Source of the DNA: Actinomycetota bacterium
Lineage (GTDB): Bacteria; Actinomycetota; CADDZG01; JAHWKV01
Direction: 5' to 3'
Length of the DNA stretch: 64,000 nucleotides
Assembly: GCA_051005875.1 (NCBI GenBank)
Contig: JBPCIX010000057.1
Span: 5,269 to 69,268, forward strand
In this document: positions 45,838-54,287 of the stretch, piece by piece
Layout: every line of letters begins with the position of its first letter
How positions within the stretch are numbered: position 1 is the first letter of the stretch
Program-made: the position numbers and the translations under genes
The notes under the pieces: generated by a model
Seen by the model: only the letters and a program-made list of their open reading frames with translations
What the model was told of the DNA's origin: nothing
Databases searched by the model: none

Positions 45838-46566
45838 CTAAAGGATCTCCAGAATGTCTTTCATTAGAAAAACGCCGGCTGCCGCGGCGCCAATAGTGAG
45901 GGCGCCTCTTCCAAGCCAGGTGACTGCGGGATGGGAAGGCAACTTGCGCAGGGCCGAAATGCGGCGGCCAACGAACCAGAGGGCGATCACGGCTAAGACC
46001 AGCAAGCCGCCTAGTCCGCTCGCCCCTGTACCCATGATCATGATCGGCAGCAGAGCCGCCAGCAACCCGAGCCAGGGAGCAATTTTCCCGATCTTTCGAG
46101 CCAGCCAACGCTCAGCAAGCTTGGCGACACAGTAACCGTAGATTCCGGGGAGCAAGATGAAAAGGAAAATCGACAGGGCCGCGGGCTTCACGAGAGTGAA
46201 ATCCACTCCACCGGGTTTAATCACCGCGACGCCCCCAATCAAAGCAAACAGCACGGCCGAAATGAGAGGTCGAAATCGCTCCGGGAGCCACCCCCTGGCC
46301 AGCGAATAACAAAGCCCTCCCACCACTCCCATAACTGCAGCCGCCATAACCAAAAACATCGTCGACGGGGTGAAAGATCCCATGGTGAAATCATCATCGG
46401 ATTGACGACCCACCACGGCTGCACCCGAGGTAACCCTGAGGAGGAACATGGCCAAGCGGCCGCCGATTCCACCGACCAGCAATCCGGAAACAAAGCCTGC
46501 AACGGCGCCGGCAAATGCTCGCTGGCCAAGTTCCTTGGCATCTGCCACCAGGCTGGTCTCTTCCAT
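45838..46566 (-). CDS. Polytopic integral membrane protein of unknown function
   Basis: 242 aa with about 6-7 hydrophobic Gly/Ala-rich segments. I recognise no motif, and no obvious SD precedes the ATG. Confidence 0.6.
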   Translation of the reverse strand: MEETSLVADAKELGQRAFAGAVAGFVSGLLVGGIGGRLAMFLLRVTSGAAVVGRQSDDDFTMGSFTPSTMFLVMAAAVMGVVGGLCYSLARGWLPERFRPLISAVLFALIGGVAVIKPGGVDFTLVKPAALSIFLFILLPGIYGYCVAKLAERWLARKIGKIAPWLGLLAALLPIMIMGTGASGLGGLLVLAVIALWFVGRRISALRKLPSHPAVTWLGRGALTIGAAAAGVFLMKDILEIL

Positions 46567-46624
46567 GGCGAAAGCTTTACCTAATCGCGCCCCATAAGCA
46601 AGGATCCGTGAGCCGCCTACAGCC

Positions 46625-47272
46625 CTACTTCATTACTTCTTCGCCCTCACATAGGTTGAAGCGATCGCTTCCCCTTAGCATGGTTGCGCAATTGTTGGCC
46701 ACAGAGATCATTTTGAAATCGTTCGCGAAGGTTTCGCCCGCCTTCACCGAATAAACACTGTCGCCAACCTTGACCGCTGCCCGAGATGCTCCTGTGGAGT
46801 CATAGAAGGTATCAACCAAGGTGACTCTTTGCGGTCCAACCGGGGCTGGCGCGGGCGCCGGCGCTGGCGCCGGCGCAGGGGCTGGCGCGGGTGCTGGCGC
46901 AGGGGCTGGCGCGGGTGCTGGCGCGGGCACCGGAATCGGGGCTGGCGCGGGAGGCAGGGGGATGACTACCGGCGGCGCTGCCGCAGGTGCGATCGCGGCT
47001 ACCGGCGCCGAGGTAAGGGCCTTAAACGGGTCTCGAGTTAGTGGAGCTGAATCACCGGCAGCAGGTGCCGCTGCCGGTGACGCTGCCGGCCCTGCCGGCT
47101 GGACAGGCTGCCTCGGAGCCGTCCGTATGACGGGCTCCCCAACCGGAGCATCACCGGCCACCAGCGGTAGCACGACGAACATTCCAAGGACCAGCACGAC
47201 GGTCAAGCCGAGCAGTCCGAACATCCACTTGGGAACCGTCTTTAGGGATTCGGGAATTTTTATAGATTTCAT
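46625..47272 (-). CDS. Bitopic membrane protein with a Pro/Ala-rich spacer and a small C-terminal beta domain (PilP-like architecture)
   Basis: AAGGAG lies 5 nt before the ATG at 47272. One N-terminal TM (WMFGLLGLTVVLVLGMFVVLPLV) is followed by about 100 aa of P/A-rich linker including (PA)n. The C-terminus reads VTLVDTF...VKVGDSVYSVKAGETFANDFKMISV. The gene directly follows pilO. Confidence 0.65.
   Translation of the reverse strand: MKSIKIPESLKTVPKWMFGLLGLTVVLVLGMFVVLPLVAGDAPVGEPVIRTAPRQPVQPAGPAASPAAAPAAGDSAPLTRDPFKALTSAPVAAIAPAAAPPVVIPLPPAPAPIPVPAPAPAPAPAPAPAPAPAPAPAPAPAPAPVGPQRVTLVDTFYDSTGASRAAVKVGDSVYSVKAGETFANDFKMISVANNCATMLRGSDRFNLCEGEEVMK
46841..46955. repeat. GCN-GGN (Pro-Ala coding) microsatellite-like tract including a perfect 24-nt tandem duplication
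   Basis: Positions 46877-46900 and 46901-46924 are identical (AGGGGCTGGCGCGGGTGCTGGCGC). The tract encodes PAPAPAPA... on the minus strand. Confidence 0.9.
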
Positions 47273-47281
47273 TTGCACTCC

Positions 47282-48007
47282 TTATGCAGCCGGGGCCTGG
47301 GCCGGCGCTCGGACGGGGGCCGGGACAGGGTTTGATGGAGCAGGCTGAGCACCAGGCGGCACGGCGGGAGCCGGCACCTGTGCTCCAGCTACGAACATCT
47401 TCAGGTCCAGGTCTGCGGTGAGCTTTGGCGCGCCTCCCGGCTTGGAGGGGTCAGTCTTTGATGTGATACCTACCGAGGCAATTTTCACAGCACGATCGAG
47501 CGTTTCCAGGCTGGAGATGAACCTCTGGACCGCAAAGTAATCTCCCTCGGCCCCCATGGCTATGAGCACTTCCTGCAATCCTGTGGAACTGCCGATTGAG
47601 GGCACTGGAGGAGTTGGGTTGGTCGAAATCCAGTCAAGACCGGATTTGGTGGCGACATCTTGGACCTGCAGGATGTACTTGGCTAGATCGGTTTGGTTGG
47701 GCAATGCCTCGGCCATGACCCTGGCCTGCTCCCTTAGCTCAGTGGCGCCTTTTTCAAGAACTCTGAGGTGAGCCAACTCTGCATTGAGTGCCACCACCAG
47801 CGCCTCCGCAGCCTCGGCCTGGACTCTGGTTTCGTCGATCTGGGCCTTTTGCGAACGGAAGATTCCGAAAAACGATCCAAGCAGCGTAATGACAACCGCC
47901 GCTCCGAAAATCAGCCGATGACGCTTTACCTGAGCGGCTGCGTCCATCTGGGCCGCAGGGCGGCGGGACCACCGTCCTCCGCTAGCCCCAACTGCCGGCG
48001 CCTGCAT
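47282..48007 (-). CDS. pilO: Type IV pilus assembly protein PilO-like
   Basis: It has one TM (LIFGAAVVITLLGSFFGIF), a coiled-coil segment, the ALPNQTDLAKYILQVQDVATKSGL region and a P/A-rich tail. The gene order pilM-pilN-pilO supports the call. Confidence 0.6.
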   Translation of the reverse strand: MQAPAVGASGGRWSRRPAAQMDAAAQVKRHRLIFGAAVVITLLGSFFGIFRSQKAQIDETRVQAEAAEALVVALNAELAHLRVLEKGATELREQARVMAEALPNQTDLAKYILQVQDVATKSGLDWISTNPTPPVPSIGSSTGLQEVLIAMGAEGDYFAVQRFISSLETLDRAVKIASVGITSKTDPSKPGGAPKLTADLDLKMFVAGAQVPAPAVPPGAQPAPSNPVPAPVRAPAQAPAA

Positions 48008-48708
48008 TACTTTTGCCCCTGATTCTGGTAGCGGGCGCTTCGAGAAGCAGCCGACAGATCGGCTGTGCTTGTGTAGTTAACCACTTCACGATCTCCAATC
48101 TTAGCCTTGACGGCAGCGGGCACAAAGATGTTCTGAACGGTTGGAAGCTGCTGCTCCAGGGTCGTCAGCCATTTAGCTACGCCCGGGAAGTCAAACGTCA
48201 CGGCCGTGAAAGTCAAAGTGCCGAGCTTGGCCGGACCTGCGGGAACCGGCGTGACCGGCGGCTGTGCAGCCGAGCCACTGGGTGGGGCTGAAGCCGGAGC
48301 GGCTCCAGGAGTGCTCGGGGCCACCGGCGCCACTGCCACCGGCTGCGCGGTTCCGTTGAATGCAGTCAACCACGAATTATCCGGGATGACCTTCGAAACG
48401 TCCTGGAGGAGCTTTGACCATCCGATGTCATCGGTCATGGCCAGAGACAGCGTGGACCTCTTCTGCTGAATGGTCTTTTCCATGAGTCCGAATTCCTGAA
48501 GGGCGTTGACCTTGACTTTGATGGACGCGGCTTTGGTCGCTGCCTCTGCCTCGCGGTTTTTCTGGTGATTAAGCTGAAGGGTCATTGCCAGCCAGCCAAG
48601 CGCGATTACAACAACAAGGCCTCCGAATACGATTCCCAGAGTCCGGGCCTGGCGGCGAGCGTTGAGCCTGGCCCCCAGCTCAGGGGGAATAAGGTTGATT
48701 CGATTCAT
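48007..48708 (-). CDS. pilN: Type IV pilus assembly protein PilN-like
   Basis: The N-terminal MNRINLIPPE (INLLP-type PilM-binding motif) is followed by one TM. Its start forms an ATGA overlap with the pilM stop. Confidence 0.7.
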   Translation of the reverse strand: MNRINLIPPELGARLNARRQARTLGIVFGGLVVVIALGWLAMTLQLNHQKNREAEAATKAASIKVKVNALQEFGLMEKTIQQKRSTLSLAMTDDIGWSKLLQDVSKVIPDNSWLTAFNGTAQPVAVAPVAPSTPGAAPASAPPSGSAAQPPVTPVPAGPAKLGTLTFTAVTFDFPGVAKWLTTLEQQLPTVQNIFVPAAVKAKIGDREVVNYTSTADLSAASRSARYQNQGQK

Positions 48709-49649
48709 GATTGCATCGCTCCTAGGGCGGCGCCCACTGCTATCGCCATCAATGGTTCGGATGTCTCAAATTCATTGTTTTCGGCGCTGTCTTTTGAAGT
48801 CTTAATATTCTTGAAGCAGCCCCCCATTTCAACGGGTGCCTGAAGGGCTTCGGAAAGCAGCGGTGAAAGCTCCTTTAACGAGGGCGTCTCGCCTGAAATC
48901 ATCACTTTAGAAATGCCTGCGGTTTCGCCCTGGCCCACGTAGTACTCAACGGAGCCCCTGATCTCGTCAACGAGAGCTTCAGCAGACTCGTTGCCTCCGA
49001 TCGCGAGGACTCTCGCCAGCTTGGGAACCTCATTTTCATGAACCACCATGCTGGTAATTTCTTCGCCGACATCGATCAGGGCCTCGCCCTCACCGAGGTT
49101 TTCGGGTACTAGCCTTCCTTGGGCCCCCATCGAACGCATGAGCGCTAGTGGAGTGAAGTCAATGGCCTCGGGAACGACTCCTGCCTGCTCGAATGCGTCG
49201 ACAAAAGTGTTGATCATGTCTTTGTGAGCGGCGACGACCATGACTCGGATCATTCGCTCCTCTTCGTCATTCGTGAACTCTTTGAGAACTTCGTAGTCGA
49301 GCACTGCCAGGTCCATGGGAATCGGGATCAACTCCTGAACCTGATACCGGATAGCGCCCCTTAGATCGCTCTCGTCCATGTATGGCAACTCGGCGATGCG
49401 AGCTACAACTTTCTGATTTGCAAGGCTAATGCTGATGCTTGCCTTCCCCTTCGAGGTGCCCACCTTGCTGCAGGCCGAGGCTACCGCCTTGGCCACTGCG
49501 CCAAGGTCGACTATTTCGCCATCTTTGGCGGCGCCGGCAGGCAAGGGCTCCTGGACAAATGCCTCGAGCTGGGGCGTGTGGTTCGCTATTGAGATTCTCG
49601 CAGCACGAACTGCAAGGCTCCCGATTTCGATTCCAATTGATTGCTTCAC
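48705..49649 (-). CDS. pilM: Type IV pilus assembly ATPase-fold protein PilM
   Basis: The actin-like N-terminus is IGIEIGSLAVRAARI. The length is 314 aa. The GTG start lies 10 nt after AGGAGG. Confidence 0.8.
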   Translation of the reverse strand: MKQSIGIEIGSLAVRAARISIANHTPQLEAFVQEPLPAGAAKDGEIVDLGAVAKAVASACSKVGTSKGKASISISLANQKVVARIAELPYMDESDLRGAIRYQVQELIPIPMDLAVLDYEVLKEFTNDEEERMIRVMVVAAHKDMINTFVDAFEQAGVVPEAIDFTPLALMRSMGAQGRLVPENLGEGEALIDVGEEITSMVVHENEVPKLARVLAIGGNESAEALVDEIRGSVEYYVGQGETAGISKVMISGETPSLKELSPLLSEALQAPVEMGGCFKNIKTSKDSAENNEFETSEPLMAIAVGAALGAMQS

Positions 49650-49792
49650 GTCTAGCCGCCCTCCTATTGATGAGAAACTTGTCTTGAATAGGGTCGGCCG
49701 TTAGGGGGAGGAACTGAAGTAACTCAGGAAAGTTTTCTTCGCCGCAGATGAGCGCAGGCGCCGCTGCTTTCACGCCTGTGATGGTCAGGGCA

Positions 49793-50566
49793 CTAAATGC
49801 CGAGCCAGAGTCGAAGAATAGGCGCACCGGCAAATATGGCAACTCCTGCGCCTGCCGCCATGGCCGGGCCGAAAGGAATCGTCTGCTTTCTGCCTTTCCC
49901 GTTGACCGCCATTAGGGTTATGCCGGCGAAGGCGCCGATGAAAAAGCCGGCGAAGGCGCCGACCGCCACATGCCACAACGTGAACCAGCCGAGATGCATT
50001 CCAAGGTAGGCGGCAAGCTTAACGTCACCCATGCCCATCCCCGCCGGGACCGCGATGGCCAACCCGAGCATGGGGAGTCCGTACGAGAGCGCGCCAAGAC
50101 CCGCTGTTACCAACGGCGACGTCGAGCCAGAAATTAGAGCCGCAGCCACCAATAGGGCGGCCGAGGCAATGGCAGAGGGCCCTAGGATCTTGTTGGGTAT
50201 TCGCCGAGTTTCGAGGTCGATTGCGGAAAGGACCACCAGAACCGACACGAGCCATAGAAATGCCGGAAGCTCCGGCTTGACCCCCACCCGAAGCGTTACC
50301 AGAGCCCAAGCAGCGCCCATAAGAGCCTCGATCACCAGATAACGGGGACTTATTTTTGACCGGCAGGTGCGACAGCGTCCCCTGAGAAGAATATAGGAAG
50401 CAATTGGCACATTCTCGAACCAGTTGAGAGCGTGCCCGCAGCCCGGGCACTGGGACCCCGGGCGGACGATCGAAAGTCCTTTGGGGACTCGATGCACAAC
50501 CACATTGGCGAAGCTGCCGGCAATAGTGCCCAAAACAAAGGCAGCCACAGCTTCAAAAGCCCTCAC
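49793..50566 (-). CDS. pilD: Prepilin peptidase (A24 family)
   Basis: The zinc-binding motif is QCPGCGHALNWFENVPIASYILLRGRCRTCRSKISPRY, and the catalytic Asp contexts are DLETRRIPN and GMGDVKLAAYLG. AGGAGG lies 7 nt before the GTG. Confidence 0.9.
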   Translation of the reverse strand: MRAFEAVAAFVLGTIAGSFANVVVHRVPKGLSIVRPGSQCPGCGHALNWFENVPIASYILLRGRCRTCRSKISPRYLVIEALMGAAWALVTLRVGVKPELPAFLWLVSVLVVLSAIDLETRRIPNKILGPSAIASAALLVAAALISGSTSPLVTAGLGALSYGLPMLGLAIAVPAGMGMGDVKLAAYLGMHLGWFTLWHVAVGAFAGFFIGAFAGITLMAVNGKGRKQTIPFGPAMAAGAGVAIFAGAPILRLWLGI

Positions 50567-50607
50567 ACAGAAGCCTCCTGGTGTTTCGCGCCGCCGCTAA
50601 CCGGGGC

Positions 50608-52290
50608 TCAGACTACGACTCGTTGGATTTCTTCGAGCGAGGTTACGCCGTCACGAACCTTCTGTATTCCATCTTGGCGCAAGGTAAGCATTCCTTGCTC
50701 GCGAGCCATAGCCCGTATTTCATCAGTTGAGCGCCGCTCAACGGTGAGACGTTCAATTTCCTCGCTCATCGGCATGATTTCGTGAACAGAGGTGCGGCCT
50801 CGGTATCCGGTTTTGCCGCACTTTTGGCAACCGACCGGGCGAAAGAATGTGGGTATCGATTCTCCCTCGGACAACGGAACACTGTTTTCCTGAAGAGCCT
50901 GAAGCGTCGGCGTATAGGCCTGTTTACATTTTGGGCACAACTTTCGAGCGAGTCTTTGAGCAACGATAGCGTCTGTCGACGAAGCTACCAGGAAGGGCTC
51001 GACACCCATCTCGATCAACCTTCCTATGGCGCTGGGAGCGTCGTTGGTGTGAAGCGTCGAAAGCACAAGATGGCCTGTTAGCGAGGCCTCAATTGCGATC
51101 TGGGCGGTCTCGCGGTCTCGGATTTCACCGACCAGGATGATGTCGGGATCGGCTCTTAGCATCGACCTTAGCGCCGACGCAAACGTAAGTCCGGCGCGAT
51201 TGTTGGTCTGCACCTGGTTTACGCCGGCGAGCCTGTACTCGACAGGATCCTCAACGGTGATGATGTTGCGATCTGCCTGGTTCAAGATGTTCAGCGTTGC
51301 GTAAAGAGTCGTCGACTTGCCCGACCCTGTGGGTCCCGTAACCAAGATCAACCCGTAAGGCTTAATGAACGACGACTCGAACTTCTTGAAGTTCGCATCG
51401 GAAAGACCGAGATCTTCGAGTTTTAGAAGCACGCTGGACTTGTCCAGGATCCTCAAAACCAACTTTTCTCCCCAAACTGTCGGCAGGCTGGCCACCCGGA
51501 TATCAATAGCCTTTTTTTGAACCACCAGGCTGATACGGCCATCCTGAGGGATGCGCCGGTCCGCAATGTCCATGTCGGCCATAATCTTGAGACGGGAAAT
51601 CACTCCTGCCTGATTCTTTTTTGGCTGCCTTAAAACATCATGCAAAACACCGTCGATGCGAAATCGAACGCGAACCTCCTTTTCTTGAGGTTCAACGTGA
51701 ATATCTGAGGCTCTGTCGTTCACGGCCTGAGTAATAATGAGATTAACCAACCTAACGATCGGGGCCTCTTCGGCGGTGCCGGCGAGACCGATTTCGAGGC
51801 CTTCCTCGGGGGAATCGTCGGCGTCACCCCCGATCTCCTCGACCGAGCGATCAAGACTTTGCAGGCGCGATATTGCCGTGAGAATATCGGCAGCATTCGC
51901 CAGCGCAGGCTTTACTTCTTTGCCGGTCAGCGTCCTTATATCGTCCAGGGCCATAATGTTGGCCGGGTCGCTCATCGCTACCACCAGTTTTCCGTCCTCA
52001 ATCCGGACCGGCAGAACCTTATAGCGTTTGGCCATGGCTTCCGAAATGAGGCCGGCCACGGACGGGTCGACTTGAACCTCGCTCAAGTCAATGAATTCCA
52101 TCCCCACTTGCTTAGCGAAAACCGCCATGAGGCTGGATTCGGTCAAAAACCCATTTTCAACAAGAATTCGAGGCAGGGATTTGTGCGCGCGTTTGGTTTC
52201 CGCAAGCGCCTCCTTCAGGCGCGCTGGAGTCAAAAGCTTGTCTTCGAGGATGATCTCCTCGAGTGTTTTTGTCTTTTCTTTGATAGCCAA
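50608..52290 (-). CDS. pilB: Type IV pilus assembly ATPase PilB (GspE family)
   Basis: An N-terminal T2SSE_N-like domain is present. Walker A is GPTGSGKSTT, the Asp box and Walker B are ILVGEIRD, the His box is TGHLVLSTLHTN, and the tetracysteine motif is CPKCKQ...CQKCGKTGYRGR. Confidence 0.9.
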   Translation of the reverse strand: MAIKEKTKTLEEIILEDKLLTPARLKEALAETKRAHKSLPRILVENGFLTESSLMAVFAKQVGMEFIDLSEVQVDPSVAGLISEAMAKRYKVLPVRIEDGKLVVAMSDPANIMALDDIRTLTGKEVKPALANAADILTAISRLQSLDRSVEEIGGDADDSPEEGLEIGLAGTAEEAPIVRLVNLIITQAVNDRASDIHVEPQEKEVRVRFRIDGVLHDVLRQPKKNQAGVISRLKIMADMDIADRRIPQDGRISLVVQKKAIDIRVASLPTVWGEKLVLRILDKSSVLLKLEDLGLSDANFKKFESSFIKPYGLILVTGPTGSGKSTTLYATLNILNQADRNIITVEDPVEYRLAGVNQVQTNNRAGLTFASALRSMLRADPDIILVGEIRDRETAQIAIEASLTGHLVLSTLHTNDAPSAIGRLIEMGVEPFLVASSTDAIVAQRLARKLCPKCKQAYTPTLQALQENSVPLSEGESIPTFFRPVGCQKCGKTGYRGRTSVHEIMPMSEEIERLTVERRSTDEIRAMAREQGMLTLRQDGIQKVRDGVTSLEEIQRVVV

Positions 52291-52374
52291 GATTAGTCCT
52301 GAATGGTCTTCGAGTCCCCATCGGCCATCCGGGGGGCCGGCTTTAGGACCGAAATAGGCAAATTCAATCGGTTG

Positions 52375-53238
52375 TCACGGATTCTTTTTTAATTCTGCAA
52401 GGGCCGCCGCGCTCATTACGTCGATCGGCGGCTGGACCCCCGTCCAGATCTCAAAGGCAAGAACAGCCTGGTGCAGGAGCATCCCTAGTCCGCTGTGGGC
52501 TATCGCCCCGCGGGAGCGGGCACCTTCAATGAGAGGGGTCACCGGCGGGCGGTACACCATATCCACCACGACCGCATCTGGGCGTATGAGGGCCACATCA
52601 ATGGCAGCCTGCTCGCCGGCCTGGCCGACAGGAGTCGCATTGATGATTACGTCCGCCTGTTCCACCCGCTCGGCAGAATAACGGCCGAGGCAAGCTGCCT
52701 CAAAGGACGCTCCGTCCGCCAGCGATACCAAAGCCGCCGCCTTTGCCTGGTCTCTTGCCAATACATGTACTGACGCTGCCCCTGCCGTGGCAAGGGCAAA
52801 TACGGCCGCACGAGCCGATCCTCCGGCGCCTATTACCAGCGCTGCAGCGCCTTCCAGCTTGGCGCCCACATCCATCCTGAGGAACCTCACCAAACCCTCT
52901 CCGTCTGTGTTCCACCCCACCAGCCGGTCGCCCCGCACTTCTACTGTATTCAAAGCTCCAATTTGGGATGCGCTTTCCGAAAGCTCGTCCATCGCTTCCA
53001 TCGCCAACACTTTGTGGGGCAAGGTCACATTTAAACCCCGCACTCCCCCGCTAACGAGGTTGCGGATTTCCTTCACAGCCGAGGCAGAGTCCATGCCGAA
53101 CAATCGGTATTCCCAGTCCATTTCCAGAGCATTGAAGGCCGCGTTATGGATCGACGGGCTTAGGCTCCCTGCGACCTGGGCAGCGGACCCGACGATCCCC
53201 GTTAGCTTGGCTGCGGCTGAGTCAGACGCCTCAGCCAT
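52375..53238 (-). CDS. aroE: Shikimate dehydrogenase
   Basis: SLSPSIHNAAF, LNVTLPHK and the NADP motif GAGGSARA are present. Confidence 0.9.
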   Translation of the reverse strand: MAEASDSAAAKLTGIVGSAAQVAGSLSPSIHNAAFNALEMDWEYRLFGMDSASAVKEIRNLVSGGVRGLNVTLPHKVLAMEAMDELSESASQIGALNTVEVRGDRLVGWNTDGEGLVRFLRMDVGAKLEGAAALVIGAGGSARAAVFALATAGAASVHVLARDQAKAAALVSLADGASFEAACLGRYSAERVEQADVIINATPVGQAGEQAAIDVALIRPDAVVVDMVYRPPVTPLIEGARSRGAIAHSGLGMLLHQAVLAFEIWTGVQPPIDVMSAAALAELKKNP

Positions 53239-53282
53239 CTTTTCGCTCGCAAGAGCCGTTGAGAGAACCCGGCGCCCGGTAT

Positions 53283-54287
53283 TCAGCAGTTTCGGGGTTG
53301 ACGCGCCTTGGCCCGGATAAAGTCGGCCGAGTTGTTCGTAAACACATGGTGCACACAGTCTGACCCAAGTACGTAATAAAGGTAATCCTCGGAAGCCGGA
53401 TTAAGTGCGGCGTTAATCGAGCTTGCCCGCGGGCTCGAAATGGGCGTCGGAGGCAAACCCGCACGCTTGCGGGTATTGAACGGCGAGTCAATCTCAAGAT
53501 CGGACTGGGTTAGCGGCTGGCCGTTATATTTGCGGACCAGGTACTGGGTTGTTGCGTCGATTCCAAGAGCGATCCCCTGCTTCAGGCGGTTGTGAATGAC
53601 TGCGGAGACTTTTGTTCTCTCATCGTCGGCTTTAGCCTCTTCTTCGATCATCGAGGCGATTATCAGGATCTCGTAAGGCGTCCTGCCCAGTTCGGTGGCC
53701 TTGGCTACGTCTTGCTTTTGAAACTGCTTATTGAACTGACCCACGATTCTTTTGACCACGGATTCGGGAGTATCTTTTTCTTCGATAAAATATGTCGTCG
53801 GGTACAGAAATCCCTCGAGAGTCGAAACATTTTCAGGCAAGATGCCCGGCCGAACCGTTGCCGGAGTTGCCGCAGCCAAGAAATCCGCCGCCGATACATG
53901 GGTCAGTTTGTCCACTTGTGCGGCCGTCTGATCAATGTTCAAACCCTCCGGCACAACCAGCTTCACAAACTTGACCGCGGGTCCCATTTCGAGTTGGTTC
54001 ACCAGTTCCGGAAACGGCATATCCGAGCGCAAGTCATATTGTCCGGCCTTTAGGCCGCCCGTCACGCCGCTGGTCTTAAGGTAAAGACGAAAAGCTAGAG
54101 AAGACCTCACAACTCCCCGCTTTTGCAGGGCGTCGGCAATGGTCGAGCCCGATGTTCCCGTGGGAATTGAAACCTTGATGGTCTTTCCCGTGGGTGATCC
54201 CTGAGTGTCCAGCCAACGGACGAACAATGCCCCGCCACCGATTACCACCAGAACCAAAGCAACCACGGCCGCTAATAGCTTTCTCAA
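53283..54287 (-). CDS. mltG: Endolytic murein transglycosylase MltG (YceG-like)
   Basis: It has an N-terminal TM, and the YceG core includes ILIIASMIEEEA and SPFNTRKRAGLPPTPISSP. Confidence 0.88.
   Translation of the reverse strand: MRKLLAAVVALVLVVIGGGALFVRWLDTQGSPTGKTIKVSIPTGTSGSTIADALQKRGVVRSSLAFRLYLKTSGVTGGLKAGQYDLRSDMPFPELVNQLEMGPAVKFVKLVVPEGLNIDQTAAQVDKLTHVSAADFLAAATPATVRPGILPENVSTLEGFLYPTTYFIEEKDTPESVVKRIVGQFNKQFQKQDVAKATELGRTPYEILIIASMIEEEAKADDERTKVSAVIHNRLKQGIALGIDATTQYLVRKYNGQPLTQSDLEIDSPFNTRKRAGLPPTPISSPRASSINAALNPASEDYLYYVLGSDCVHHVFTNNSADFIRAKARQPRNC

Noticed and set aside
46841-46955. A CRISPR array or other spaced-repeat locus (also considered for 10660-10689 and 30378-30403)
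   Set aside because: These are contiguous tandem repeats without spacers. One is coding. No cas genes are present in the window.
46821-47348. A 175-aa plus-strand ORF encoding (GA)n repeats
   Set aside because: It is the reverse-complement reading of the Pro-Ala repeat in the pil-associated gene. That gene has an SD, a TM segment and a folded C-terminal domain on the minus strand.
49426-49842. A 138-aa minus-strand ORF bridging the 143-nt pilD-pilM gap as a possible missing pilin
   Set aside because: It has no prepilin leader or G-F/M-T-L-x-E motif and no hydrophobic N-terminal helix. It starts inside pilD and runs out of frame into pilM. The gap more likely holds the pilM SD (AGGAGG) and a promoter.
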